From: Mobula hypostoma
Lineage: Eukaryota
Direction: 5' to 3'
DNA: 64,000 bases
Assembly (NCBI RefSeq): GCF_963921235.1
Contig: NC_086118.1
Coordinates: 16,742,001-16,806,000 of the forward strand
The translations under genes were made by a program, and so were the position numbers. Shown here piece after piece: positions 28,061 to 42,047 of this stretch (position 1 is its first letter; every line of letters begins with the position of its first letter). Below the pieces are notes generated by a model. The model did not search any database. It was not told the DNA's origin and saw nothing but the letters and a program-made list of their open reading frames with translations.

Positions 28061-28389
28061 CAGTTCCACCTGTTAATATCCTAAACTCATAAATTCTTGG
28101 TTAAAACTGTGAAATATCCAAAAGTTTAGTTGTATCAAACCTGCTTTCTCTATCAGAATGATACACTGTAGCAGGTTACATTTCATAAGATTTGCATTAA
28201 TTTTCTGTAAACTCCTTGATAACAATATGTGATTGCACTGAATACTGCAAGATTATTAAACAAATATTGAGTCTAAACTACAAAAAAAGATAATAGACCA
28301 AATACTGCAACAAGGAGCCAGGGTTTAATAAATGAGTAAAAGAGATGGGGATGTTTAAGAGAGGAGACAATTAGTTTGCAGCACAGAAA

Positions 28390-29480
28390 GAACACAAGAA
28401 TATATGCGTAGTAAACCACTCAGGCCATCAAGTCTGCCCTACCATTCAATATGATTTTGGCTGAAGTGCCCAAAGTCCCATCTCCTGTTCTATGTCAGTT
28501 CCATAGGCTTCAGTGTCTTCAGCTTTCAAAAAATTATTTACTTCCACTTTACATTCCCCTACAGATCTGGCTTCCATACCCCCTTGGGGTAGAGAATTGC
28601 AGAGATTCATCACTTTCCATGGGAAGAATTTCCTTCACAACTCAATTTTACCTCTCCCTAATCTTACAACAATGTCCATTTGTTTGAGATTTCCCACTGA
28701 CATCTATCCAGCCACATCCCTGAAAATGTTTAAAGTTTCACCAAAATCACCCATCTTCCTTCAGAATTCCAAAGGATATAGAATAAATTGCCTTAGGTTT
28801 TTGTGATAGAACAAACCACTCATTCCAGGATTTAGTTCAGTGAAGAGCTGTCTGTTTTGTATGAATTTAAGAAGGAAAAATAACTGAGGTAAACTAGATC
28901 AGGAACTACAATCTTCACAGTAGGTAAAATGGCCCATCTGTCTAACATAATGTGAATTAGGGACATAAGTATTCTTTTTGGTCTAGCACTCTGAATATTA
29001 CGTCTCTTGGCTTTCTGCATACAAGAACATATAAAACATATGGCCCCTCATACCTTCTCCATCATTCAATTAAATTGTGACTGATCTTTTAATAAAAAGC
29101 CACATTCCTGCAATTTCATCATATTCCTTGGTTCCTTTAATATCCAAAATCTACCAGTCTCTGCCTTCAATAAACTTAGTCACTTGGCCCCACAGCCCTC
29201 TGGGTAAAGGATTACAGATTCACTATTCTTCAGGGAGCAAATTTCTTTTCATCTCTGTCCTGAATTGCTGACATATTTTGAGCAATTTTAACTATGCTCA
29301 GGTCCTAGACTTCTCAGCTAGGAAAACTTCCCTGCAAGCCCTGTAAGAATGATATATCTTTCATTCATATCACCTCACTTTTTTAAAACTCTTGAAAATA
29401 GAAGCCCAGTCTGTTTAATCTCTACTCAGGACAAAACCTGCACCCCAGGAATCTCTCTGTTGGGTTTTGTTGCAATCTCT
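28390..29480 (-). mobile_element. Two old CR1 3' fragments (28390-28830, 29010-29480)
   Basis: Reverse-oriented CR1 3' signatures (ccattcaatatgattttggctga; agagaattgcagagattcatcact; aaatttcttttcatctctgtcctgaa). Confidence 0.6.
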
Positions 29481-29899
29481 TAATTGTAGCACTGCACAGC
29501 ACCATTTTCCCAAGTTTGTGTAAAGAATTTTGAGGCCTATTATTTTGAAGATTCATAAAGAGATTTTTTTTCCTTTTCCTTATCCAATGATTTCAAGCCT
29601 AGGTACATAGTGATAGCATCAGTAACAGTTTGGTGATGTGGATACAGTGAGGGTAAAGTATCAGGCTAGCCTAGGAAGCTCCGTATGTTAGTTAAGAGAG
29701 TCAATAGATCTCTAATTGTGCATCAGCTTCATTCACTGATGCTCACACTTCTAAGCATTTTCAATCCCCAATGTTGATTCTGGCACAAAGGAAGATGTTT
29801 CACCTGATATTTTCCACTCAAGCAGTTCATCTTCTATTTAGTTTGAAACTCTTTTGACATAGAATGTAAATAAAACAATGACAGAAGAAGCATTATTAG

Positions 29900-30380
29900 C
29901 TGGTGTCTTGCGGAATGTAGCCAATCAAGTGCTGGGGGTGTTGGGGGCATGGGAGCAGTTTGGAAATAGCGGCTATAACTTTGTAGATTTCAAAGCGTGA
30001 AGTTTGTAATCTCAAAGATTGTAGATTTCCAAGATTGGAATGGTGACCTTAACTTTGTGGAAAAAGATAGGCATAGAGCAGGGAATAAAAACCTTGAACT
30101 GGGGGAAGACTAATTTCATTAAAATAAGACAGGACCTGACGAAGGTAAATTGGGAACATCTGTTTATAGATATCTCTAATCTGTAGAGTGAGAAGTATTT
30201 ATGGAGAAATAGAGTGAGTTCAAGTCCAACATCCTGTACCAGTGAAAGCCAGGGTTAGTAAGTACAGGGAATTCTTGATGTTGGGGGTTATCAAGAGTTG
30301 GAGAAAGAGGAAGAAAAGGAAGCCAATGGCAGGTTTTGAGAACATGACAGGGGCAGCTCATCAAATATACAAGAAGTGTA
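29900..30380 (+). mobile_element. Old CR1 ORF2 fragment
   Basis: LNWGKTNFIKIRQDLTKVNWEHLF-like post-APE region. Confidence 0.5.
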
Positions 30381-32492
30381 GAGATGGCTTTATGGTTTTT
30401 CTCTATATGTTTTCATCTATATTCTTTCAGTTCTATGTATGCATCTTTCTTTCATTGATCTTTTGTTGGCACATTATATCACAAGACTTTTGCTGTGTGA
30501 CACAGGATTCATGATTGGGACATCACTAGTAAGGTTTATCTAGAATAATATATAGCTGATAGCTGGTGAATTGTGTAGAATTTATTATATGTCATAAATC
30601 CAAAACTTCAAATGAACTACACATTAGCCCATCTGTCTTCAGACCTCCTGAGCCTGTAGATTCATTTCCATTGTTTGTCTTTAACCCTCTGACTCTTGTA
30701 GTGTCTTGAAGATGGCACTTGTAGTGTCCTAGTTCAAAGTAATTCTGCTATTTAAAATGAGAAACATGAAAGGTCGGTGTTTCACAATGATTATCTGATA
30801 CCCGTTTGAAAGGGAGGAGGAAAAAACATCTGGCAGAGTGTAAACTTGATTTGTTTTACAGACAATAAATTTTCATTAGGAGACATTACAGTTTTCCATA
30901 AAAATAAATGCTTCTGGTTAGTTGAGGTGGTGCTGGTGTTAAGAGTGCCAGGGGGCTGTCAAGTTGGACCAATGTTGATTGTATATTTCCAAATTTAGAT
31001 CACCATCACTAACCCATGTTTCACTGCAGTTTGTTTTAGCAGATTGCTCAGAGCATTGAAGATAATGGAAAAATAGTCTTCCGGAACGTGAAGAAGAAAA
31101 TTAACAAACGTCAAATGTTTATCTGCTTTGTATCACACATGACTGCTGCAGTTTATGGATGCCAATTATTTTGCATTTTTTTTCAGCTTCAGAACAGTAG
31201 AGCCAGCAGTTCTGCAAACACAAATTAGTGAGATATCAGAAGTTTTTGGCTGCAGTTTAGTACAGGTTCGTTGTGTGAATTTAGCTCAGCTGGTTGGAGT
31301 GTGGGGAAGCTATTATGGAGTCAGAGGAACCGTGCTTTTCATTAAGAAAATAATGGAAACTTGCTCATTGAGTCAACTTACATAGAAGTTGAATCTTGAA
31401 GATGATAAAAATAATTATCACCTGTCGTCATGCAGCTTGTAAATGACCGTTTCTAAGGATGAATTTGGATAAGACTGTTGATATGTGTGCATGAATAACT
31501 TAACCACTATGCATCTCTAAACAACTTGGTTTTGCTGCAGGCATCTGCACAATTCAAATGTTGAATTTTACTAGAATCACAACAGATATAGAAAACTGCA
31601 TTAATCTGGCACCCTTGGTATTCTGGTAGTGGCAGACCAGCAGAACTTGTGGACTATAGGATGGTACTCTTGTAATAATACCCAATCATAATTCTATTTC
31701 ACTTTTTGTTACATATTCCACAGCAAATATCCCAGAAAGCCTGGTGAGTTTAAAGGAAACAGTAAATACACAATCACTCAGATCCCAACCCTGTCTCTTA
31801 ATCTACCCAAATTCCTGATCCTTGTTGTCCTGGACCCTGGTCCTTGCTGTACACCCAGCCAACATTCTCGGCTTCAATCACAGCCACCCTCGAGACCTTC
31901 AGCAGCAGTTGCACATTGGATCTCCAGTTTACATTTCAGATTAAGGAGTGAGCCATTTGCTGGATTATTTGTTTTACTCAATATAGATCACCTAACTCAA
32001 AAGTTCCTCTGGTCTCAGTTGGTAGAGAATCTGATTTCCAGCCAGAAATTTTGGGAAAAGACAAAAAAACTGGGACCTTAATTCCTGTATACTGGATCCT
32101 TAAATTCTTAGTAGATTTAATGTCAAGGAGGGGCCATATGCCAGACATCTGCTCTATGTCCTTCATAAGCTTTAGAACAATGCACAGCAGATGAAAGCAG
32201 TCATAAGCCACATTCAGATCTTTAACAAACTTCACACATAAAATTCTCAGCTGAAGGGACTCACTAACTTGGTGACACAAGGGACAGAAGATGCTGGAAT
32301 CTGGAACATAAAAGGAGCTGGTGGAAGAACTCCACAGGTGAGACATCATTTCCTGAGGGAAATAGATTGTTGATGATTCAGATCGAGATCTTTTATCTGA
32401 AGTCATACCTTGCTGAGAATACAATGGTGTAATTGGGACTAGGTGATGAGATATCATTATTCAAAGTCTCATCTAGGTTCGTCTCCATTACA

Positions 32493-33035
32493 CACTGAGT
32501 GCCCACTTTATTAGGTACACCTGTACACCAGCTTGCTAATGCAGTTACCTAATCAGCCAATCATGAGGCAGGAATTCAATACATAAAAGCATGCAGGCAT
32601 GATCAAGAGGTTCCACCGTTGCTCAGTCCAAACGTCAATATGGGGAATAAATGTGATCTAACTAACTTTGGCTGTGGAATGTTTGTTGGTGCCAGACAGG
32701 GTGGTTTGCATATCACAGAAACTGTTGATTTCCCAGGATTTTCACATACAACAGTCTCTAGAGTTTATAGCAGATGGGACAGAAAGGAAAAAGATTCCAG
32801 TGAGCAGCAGTTCTGTAGGCGAAAATGCCTTTTTAATGTGAGAATGGCCAGACTGGTTCAAGCTAATAGGAAGATGACAGTAATTCAATTAACCACACAT
32901 TACAACAGTGCTGTGCAGTAGAACATCTCTGAATGCTCAACACATTGAACTTTGAAGTGGATGGGTCTCAGCAGCAGAAGGCCATGATCAACAGCTAATT
33001 TATTATGGAAAAGCAGGTATCTAATAGAGAGGCCA
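32493..33035 (+). mobile_element. Non-autonomous Tc1-like element carrying only the transposase DNA-binding region
   Basis: TIR cactgagtgcccactttattaggtacac; ORF MGNKCDLTNFGCGMFVGARQGGLHITETVDFPGFSHTTVSRVYS...MARLVQANRK. Confidence 0.8.
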
Positions 33036-33277
33036 AAGAACTTACATAAGGGTTGATTCGGACTAGAGGTTTGGAACAACAGAGGTGGAAGGATGGCAAG
33101 TTGTTTCTACTACCACAAGGCTCAACACATTCTCTTCAGCTCTGCAACTAACACCACTTAACTGAACTGGATGAACTCTATAATCATAGGTGGAGAAAGG
33201 TTCCATTGTAATAATTTGCATTGATGTACGTATCTATTGTGGGATAAGCACATTGATGCAATCATGAAGTAGGCAGG

Positions 33278-33555
33278 CTTCACTTCATTAAGAGCTTAAG
33301 AAGATTTGGTTTATCACCAAAGACTCTCAGATGTAAGGTGGAGTGCATTCTGACTGGTTGCATCAAAGCCTGGTATGGAGGCTCCAACGTGCAAGATTGA
33401 AAGAGGCTGCAGAGTGTTGTAGATTCAACCAGCTCCATCATAGACACAACCATCACTACCATCAAGGACAGCTTCAAGGCATGGTGCCTCTAGAAGGAGG
33501 CACGGACCATTAAAGACCCTCACAGTCTGGAACGAGCTCTTTTCTCATTGCTAAT
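33278..33555 (+). mobile_element. Rex/Babar LINE fragment
   Basis: HFIKSLRRFGLSPKTL..CKVECILTGCIKAWYGG..LQSVVDS. Confidence 0.7.
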
Positions 33556-34002
33556 CAGGAACAGTATCACAACTGCAGAAAGGAAGGATGTTGTGGAGGC
33601 TTTGTCAACTGAGTCAGTTTTGGTAGAAGTCAGAAATAGGAAGGGAGCAATTATTCTATTGGGATTGTTCTATAGACCCTCCCAACAGCAACAGAGATAC
33701 AGAGGAACAAATTGTGACTCAGATTTGGAAAGGTGCAAAAATAACAGGGTTGTTGTCATGGGGGACTTCAATTTCACTAACATTGATTGGCACCTTTTTA
33801 GTGCAAAACGTTTGGCTGTTATGGGATTAGTTCGGTGTGTCCTGGAAGGAGTTCTGACACAATATGTAGACAGGCTGACTAAAGGAGGGGCCATATTGGT
33901 TTTGGTGCTCAGCAGTAAATGAGGTCAGGTGTCAGATTTCTCAGTGGGAGAGCATTTCGATAAAAGTAACCATATCAAATGGACTTAGGAGAGCTAGAAT
34001 TC

Positions 34003-36843
34003 AATTGAATTGAATTGACACTATTACTTACATCCTTCATATACATAGAAACCATAGAAAACTACAGCACAGAAACAGGCCTTTTGGCCCTTCTTGGCTG
34101 TGCCGAACTATTTTCTGCCTAGTCCCACTGACCTGCACAGCGACCATATCCCTCCATACACCTCCCATCCATGTATCTGTCCAATTTATTCTTAAATGTT
34201 AAAAAAGAACCTGCATTTACCACCTCATCTGGCAGCTCATTCCATACTCCCACCACTCTCTGTGTGAAGATGCCCCCCCTAATGTTCCCTTTAAACTTTC
34301 CCCCCTCACCCTTAACCCACGTCCTCTGGTTTCTTTCTCCCCTTGCCTCAGTGGAAAAAGCCTGCTTGTATTCACTCTATCTATACCCATCATAATTTTA
34401 TATACCTCTATCAAATCTCCCCTCACTCTTCTACGCTCCAGGGAATAAAGTCCTAACCTATTCAACCTTTCTCTGTAACTGAGTTTCTCAAGTCCTGGCA
34501 ACATCCTTGTAAACCTTCTCTGCACTCTTTCAACCTTATTTATATCCTTCCTGTAATTTGGTGACAAAAACTGAACACAATACTCCAGATTCGGCCTCAC
34601 CAATGCCTTATACAACCTCATCATAACATTCCAGTTCTTATACTCAATACTTTGATTAATAAAGGCCAATGTACCAAAAGCTCTCTTTACGACCCTATCT
34701 ACCTGTGACGACACTTTTAGGGAATTTTGTATCTGTATTCCCAGATCCCTCTGTTCCACTGCACTCCTCAGTAGCTTACCATTAACCCTGTATGTTCTAC
34801 CTTGGTTTGTCCTTCCAACGTGCAATACCTCACACTTGTCTGTATTAAACTCCATCTGCCATTTTTCAGCCCATTTTTCCAGCTGGTCCAAGTCCCTCTG
34901 CAGGCTCTGAAAACCTTCCTCACTGTCTACTACACCTCCAATCTTTGTATCATCAGCAAATTCGCTGATCCAATTTACCAAATTATCATCCAGATCATTG
35001 AAATAGATGACAAATAACAATGGACCCAGCACTGATCCCTGTGGCACACCACTAGTCACACGAGGAATGAAAATCTTTATGTTACGTCTCTGTCTAAATT
35101 TGCAATATGCAATTATACTAATTTATAATAAATCTTATGTACAACAGGATAGTCAATATAACATAGAAATACAGTTGTGTCAGCATGAATTAAGCAGTCT
35201 GATGACCTGGTGGAAGAAGCTATCCTGGAGCCTGTTGGTCCTGGCTTTTATGCTACGATACCACTTCCTGGATGGTAGCAGCTAGATTCAGGTCTCTAAT
35301 GATCCTTCAGGCTCTTTTTACACACCAGTCTTTGTAAATGTCTTGAATAATTGGAAGTTCACATCTACAGATGTGCTGGGCCGTCCGCACCACTCTCTGC
35401 AGAGCCCTACGATTGAAAGAAGTACAGTTCCCATACCAGGCAGTGATGCAGCCAGTCAGGATGCTCTCAATTGTGCACCTATAGAAAATTCTTAGAATCT
35501 GGGGGCCTATACCAAACTTCTTCAACCGTCCGAAGTGAAAGAGGCACTGTTGTTCCTTCTTCGCCACACTGCCGGTATGTACAGAGCACGTGAGATCCTC
35601 GGTGATGATTATCCTGGGAGCTTAAAGCTGTTCACCCTCTCAAGCACAGATCCATTACTGTCATTAGCGGTTAGCCTCTCTCCATTCCTGCTGTAGTCCA
35701 CAACCAGCTCGTTTGTTTTTGTGACATTGAGGGAAAGGTTGTTTTCTTGACACCACTGTGTTAGGGTGATGACTTCTCTGTAGGCTGCCTCATTATTATT
35801 TGAGTTTAGGCCAATCAGTGTAGTGTCGTCAGCAAACTTAATTAGCAGATTGGAGCTGTGGGTGGCGACACAGTCATGGGTATACAGAGAGTGAAGGAGG
35901 GGGCTTAGGACACAGGCCTGAGGGGCACCTGTGTTGAGGGTCGGAGGGGCAGAGGTGAGGGAGCCCACTCTTACCACCTGCTGGCGATCTGACAGGAAGT
36001 CCAAGATCCAGCTGCAGAAGGCAGGGTGAAGGCCGAGTTCTCACCATAATGCTAAACTGTAGTCCAAGATCATCATTCTCACCTAAGCATCCCTCTTCTC
36101 CAGAAGTGTAAGGACGGTGTGTAGAGCTGTGGCTATTGTGTCACTTGTCGATCGGTTGTGTCGGTAGGCGAACTGTAGAGGGTCCAACGTGGATGGTAGC
36201 ATGCTACAACTTGACCAGCCTCTCAAAGCATTTGCTTATTATTAATGTGAGTACGACAGGATGGCAGTCGTTGAGACATGTTAATCTTGGTCTTTTTAGG
36301 TACAGGGACAATGGTGCATGTTTTGAAGCAGGAGGGCACTCTACACTGGGAGAGAGAGTGATTAAAAATATCTTAAGCTCACCTGCTATTTGTGCCATGC
36401 ACATCCTGAGTACCCGCCCTGGGATGCTGCAGCCTTGTAACTGTCCACCTGTTGGAAACACCTGTGTACTTCAGCATCAGAGATGACCAAGCTGTCAGTC
36501 GCAGCATCTGCAGGTCTCCTCAGGGGCTCAGTATTGGCAACACCGAATCAAGTGTAAAAAAGATTTAGCTCATCTGGGAGAAAGTCAGTGGTGTTGGAAA
36601 CTCCACTGCATTTAGTCTTGACGTCTGTGATGGCGTGCAGACCTTGCCATAAGCTGTGTGTGCTGTTGGTGGAAAGTTGAGATTGAATCTTGTCTCTGTA
36701 TTGTTGTTTCAGTGCCTTGATGACTTTGCACAGATTGTAGCTGTATTTCTTGAGCTCCTGCTGATTACGAGCAAGGTAAGCTCTGTGTCGCGCGGTAAGT
36801 GCTGTTCACATGGAACTGTTGATCCAGGGTTTCTGTTTGGATA
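34003..36843 (-). mobile_element. Rex/Babar LINE (5'-truncated, internally deleted), itself interrupted by CR1
   Basis: Minus ORFs: [54 protein letters not shown]; 3' tail (caatt)n seen as aattgaattgaattg at ~34004. Confidence 0.85.
34044..35059 (-). mobile_element. Young 5'-truncated CR1 LINE (RT C-terminal half)
   Basis: 280-aa ORF TSGVPQGSVLGPLLF...EFADDTK...VERVQRRFTRMLPG; 3' tail ttctatgg repeats. Confidence 0.95.
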
Positions 36844-37014
36844 GAAGTGGCCACAGAGAGGGTAGGACTAATCAAGGATTGTAAAGGGAAACATTTGCCT
36901 GGAGTCAGAAGAGGTAAAAAGGATTTTTAATGAATATTTTGCTTCAGTTTTCACCAGTGAAAGAGACCTTAGCATTTGTGAGGACAGAGTAAAACATGAG
37001 TAAAACAGAGTAAA

Positions 37015-37482
37015 ACTGCAGAGAAACTTCACAAAGATGATGCCAGGACTTGAGGACCTGATCTATTGGGAAGGGTTGACTGGGTTAGGGTTTTATTTCC
37101 TAAGAGCATAGGAGAATGAGAGGCGATTTCAGAGAGGTGTACAAAATAATGTGGGCTATAGATAGGATAAACGCAAGCAGGCTTTTTCGACTGAGGTTGA
37201 GTGAGACTAGAACTAAAGGTAATAGGTTAAGGGTGAAATGCGAAATGTTTAAGGGGTACATCTTCACTCAGAGGGTGTGACAGTGCGGGAAGAACTGGTG
37301 GATAGGGAATTGATTTCAACATTTAAGAGACATTTGGATAGGTATACAGATGGGAAATGTATGGAGAGCTTTGTGACAAGAGCTGGTCGATGCGGCTCGG
37401 CAGATTAATAGTTCGGCATGAACTAGACGGGCCAAAGGGCCTGTTTCTCTGCTGTACTGTTCTATGACTCTATGGCTCTATC
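37015..37482 (+). mobile_element. CR1 3' fragment inserted in the older CR1
   Basis: QRNFTKMMPGLEDL...EVYKIMWAIDRINASRLF; tail tctatgactctatggctctat. Confidence 0.75.
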
Positions 37483-39180
37483 TTGATGTTATGAAAGTGA
37501 ATGTACTAGAACATTTGAAAAACACGAGGACAGTTAAGTCCCTGGGTCCAGATGGGATGTACCCAGGTACTATGGGAAGCAAGCGAAGAGGTTGCTAAAC
37601 CTTTGGTGACAATATTTGCATCCTTATTGGTCACAGGAGTAGTATCAGATGATTTGATGTTACGAATGTTATTCCTTTCTTCAGGAAATGGAGTAGGGAT
37701 AACCCTGGGAAATATAGGCAAGTGAGTTTTACTTCAATGGTGGCAAATTATTGGAGAGAGTTCATAGAGACAGGATTTACTAGCATTTTCAGGAGTGTAG
37801 CCTGATTAAGGAGAGTCAACATCCCTCTGTGAGGAGAGGTCATTGATTATGCCTCTTGAGCCTGACTGAATTCTTTGAGGATATGACAAAGAACACTGAT
37901 GATGGTAGAACAGTGGATGTGGTGTATATGGATGTCAGTAACGTGTTTGGTAAGGATCCCCATGGTAGGCTCATTCAGAAAGTCAGAAGGCATGGGATCC
38001 AGGGAAACTTGTGTGAATAGAGAATTGGTTTGCTCAAAGTGGACAGAGGGCGGTAGTAGATGGAGAGTATTCTTCCTAGAAGTCGGTGACCAGTGATGTT
38101 CTGCAGGGATCTGTTCTAGGACCCTTGCTCTTTGCAATTGTATTAATGACGTGGGTGAGAAAGCGGAAGGATGGACTAGTAGGTTTGCAAATTACAAGAT
38201 AGTTGGTGGAGTTCTGTATGGTGTGGAGGGTTGTTGTAAGTTGTAATGGAACATTAACTGGATGCAAAGCTGGGCTAAGCAGAGGCAAAGGAACTCAACC
38301 TAGAACAGTGTAAAGTGATTCATTTTGCAAGGTTGAATTCGAAGGCAGAATACAGGGTTACTAGCAGGATTCTTGGCAGTGTGGAGGAACAGAGGGATCC
38401 TGGGGTTCATATCCATGGATCCCTCAATGTTGCTGTGAAAGATGGTAGGGTTATTAAGAAGGCATATGGTACGCTGGCCTTCATTAGTCAGGGGATTGAG
38501 TTCAAGAGCAGTGAGGCAATGCTGCAGCTCTATAAAACGCTGGTTAGACCACACTTGGAATATCGTGTTCAGTTCTGGTTGCCTTATTATAGGAAGCATG
38601 TGAGAGCTTTAGAGATGGTGCAGAGGAGATTTACCAGGATGCTGTCCGGCCTAGAGAGAATGCCTTAAGAAGATAGGTTGCGGGAGCTAGGGCTTTTCGC
38701 TTTGGACTGAAAGAGGATGAGAGGTGACCTGACAGAAGTGTGCAAAATGATAAGCAGCATAGATTGAGTGGATAGCCAGAGTCTCTTTCCCATGGGAGAT
38801 ATGGCTAATACAATGAGGCATAATTTGAAGATGACTGGAGGCAACTATAGGGGAATGTTAAAGGTAAATTCTTCACACAGGGAGTGGTGGGTGCCAGAGA
38901 TGGTGATAGAAGCAGATATTCGAGTGGCATTTAAGAAATTCTTAGATAGGTACGTGGATGAAAGAAAAATAGAGGGTCACGCAGGAGGGTAGAGTTAGAC
39001 TGGTCTCAGAGTAGCTGAAAAGGTCGGAACAACATGGTGGGCTTAAGGGCTGTACTCTGCTGTAATGCTCTACATTCCAAGCACAGTGAAAACTTGTCTT
39101 GCAGACCAATCATACACATCAGTTCATTACAACAGTGCACTGAGGTAGCATGAGATGAAACAATAACAGAATGCAGGATA

Positions 39181-39500
39181 AACATAGAACATAGAATAGT
39201 ACAGCACAGTATAGGCCCTTCAGCCCACAATATTGTGCCGACCCTCAAACCCTGCCTCCCATATAAGCCCCCACCTTAAATTCCTCCATATACCTGTCTA
39301 GTAGTCTCTTAAATTTCACTAGTGTATCTGTCTCCACCATGACTCAAGCAGTGCATTCCACGCACCAACCACTCTCTGAGTAAAAAACCTTCCTCTAATA
39401 TCCCCCTTGAACTTCCCACCCCTTACCTTAAAGCCATGTCCTCTTGTATTGAGCAGTGGTGCCCTGGGGAAGAGGCGCTGGCTATCCACTCTATCTAAAG
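39181..39500 (-). mobile_element. CR1 3' end
   Basis: Minus ORF LDRVDSQRLFPRAPLLNTRGHGFKVRGGKFKGDIRGRFFTQRVVGAWNAL; tail (ttctatg)n. Confidence 0.85.
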
Positions 39501-41491
39501 TGTTGCAAATATTTGCAGGTAATGGCCGCAATAAAATTTTGTCCTCTTGTGATTTTAGCTCAGTTTCATGCTTTTATTGGATGTTTTAGAATTGGCAGAA
39601 CATTTTAAAACTAATTATTAAGATTACTAATGACAAAGTTATAAATCCTATTTTGTTTAATTGGACATCCTCAGAAATATAATGGAATATGTATGAAAGG
39701 TTGGTGCAGTTTTATGGACCATACATTGCACATTGCCAACAGTTTGATTATTCTTGAAGCAAGTACCCAACGTAGTAATAATAAACAGGTGGATACATCT
39801 ATCCTTATACAGTATAGCTCACAACCACTGTGTAGTTGTTAAGATATACAAGCATATTTGACAAGTAATTTCATGATCTATAAAAACAAACACAACAGAG
39901 TCTCAAAAATATCTAATCAGTCTCTCAGTCGAGCTATTGAGATGACAGTAGTGTTGAGGTACAACTGAAAGGGCATGCTAAGCCTTTTCTCAAGCCTAAC
40001 AGCCTGAATCTTATTTATATTTCAGCATCTGAATGTGTGTCTTCTGTTCCTGCCTCCAATTTATTAATTCAATGGTTCAACAGTTCCACTTAATATCAGA
40101 GAATGTATACAGTATACTGCCTGAGATTCTTACTCTTCACAGACATCCACAAAACAGAAGAAAAGCCCAAATAACGAATGACAGCAAAAACATTAGAATC
40201 CCCAAAGTGCACCTGCCCTCTCCCACACACGAGCAGCATCAAGCCTCCCCTCCCCCTCTGCCCCGTCCCCTTCCCCTCCCCCACTTGTTCCAGCAGGAAA
40301 TATCAGCATCCAACAGCCAACAAGCAAGAAATAGCAAACTCCCCAAAGAGAGACCATGATCTGCCATCCAACAAAAACTATCATCACCCAACAGTTCAAC
40401 GTGCCACAGGCTCTCTCTCTCTCTAACAATGGACAACTCGCTGTTTTGATGTTACGGTTTGCAGAATTGCTTGTTATCCCAGGTTTCTCTGACTTGAGAA
40501 TCAGCAGCAAATGAGAGAGAGAGAGTGAGAGTGAGAGATAGTCCGATTGCAGAGGACTCCGACAGGCACACCACACCCGTCCTCTTGATATTTCGATCTC
40601 CCAAAACCAACAATAGGAGTTTCTATAATCGGAAATTATAGAAATAATTGCTGCCCATTAAACAGGTACAATCTTTTCTCACAAAGGATGACATCACAAG
40701 TAGAGTGAATACAATTGTGGGGGGGGGGCGGGGGGGATGAAGGCAACCATGTGAAAAAATGAATGATACCCTTCTTGACATTAGCTTGAACATTTGTTAC
40801 AGAACAAACTTTTTGCAATGCAGATGATGCTTAAACAAGGTCCTGGCTTATTAGAACGTCTTCATATCCTTATGGCCACTGATAAGCAAAACACTATACT
40901 CACAAACATTAAAGTCCATCAAAAGTTAGGATGCTAAATAAAATATGCTATTGCAATATAGAAGGGATTGTAAATGAGAAATAAGCAATTTAATTCCTGC
41001 ATCAACTTTTCTAAGGGGGATTTCCACATTTATTTTCATTGTTTTATTAGTTTGAAAGCAACTAACTCCACATCACCATGTACTAATAGACAATAAAAAT
41101 ACTAACATTCATAATTGAAGTATTTATGACAGTAACTTTACATAAAGGAACAGAGAGTAACATCTGCTTCCAGTAAAATTAAAATTCATTTCAGGTTGGA
41201 AACAATAATGTGTGTCCTATTAAAAATAGAGAGAACTATAGAACACTTCTCTCAATAATCTCCACAGCAGAATAGGGTAAACAATTCGCATTAAAAGCTT
41301 GATGTAACACTTGGTCAGAAACAATCCTTTCCAATCAATGTAAATAAAACTTGGTGACATTTTTACATTGACTCAAAATGGTAATGTAGTTTCTGTTCTC
41401 ATGAACGCTGCCTCACCTGCAGAGTGTTTCTGGCAGATTCTGTTTTGATTAAAGATCTGCTGTCCTAGTCAATGTCATCATCAATTACAGA

Positions 41492-42047
41492 CACTCAGTG
41501 GCCATTTTATCGAATACCTCCTGTACCTAACAAAGTGGCCACTGACTTTACATTTGTGGTTTCCTGCTGCTGTAGCCACCTACTTCACCGTTCGACATGT
41601 TATGCATTCTGCACACTACTGTTGTAATGTGTGGTTATTTGAATTACTGTTACCTTCCTGGCAGCTTAAACCAGTTTGGCCATTCTCCTCTGACCTCTCT
41701 CACTAGCAAGACATTTTCAGCCACAGAAACGTCATTCGCTGAATGCTGTTTTTTTGTTTATTGCACCACTCTCTGTAAACTCTAGAGACTGCTGTGTGTG
41801 AAAATCCACGAGATCAGCAGTTTCCGAGATACTCAAACTACCCTATCTGGCACCAACAATTAATCCACAGTTAAAGTCACTTAGATCACATTTTTTCCTC
41901 ATTCTGATGTTTGGTCTGAACAACAACTGAACATTTTGACCATGTCTGCATGCTTTAATGCATTGAGTTGCTGACCCGATTGGCTGATTAGATATTTGCA
42001 TTAACGAGCAGATGTACAGGTGTACTTAATAAAGTGACCACTGAGTG
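41492..42047 (-). mobile_element. Non-autonomous Tc1-like element, same family as 32493-33035
   Basis: TIRs cactcagtggccatttt... / ...aataaagtgaccactgagtg; internal sequence is the reverse complement of the 32.5-kb copy. Confidence 0.8.

Larger units (their letters stand above)
33556..39065 (+). mobile_element. Old CR1 LINE (APE at 33556-34000, RT and 3' end at 36845-39065) interrupted by nested insertions
   Basis: ESVLVEVRNRKGAIILLGLFYRP, VVMGDFNF; later KSLGPDGMYPG, LYKTLVRPHLEYRVQFWLPYYRK, VQRRFTRML. Confidence 0.8.
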
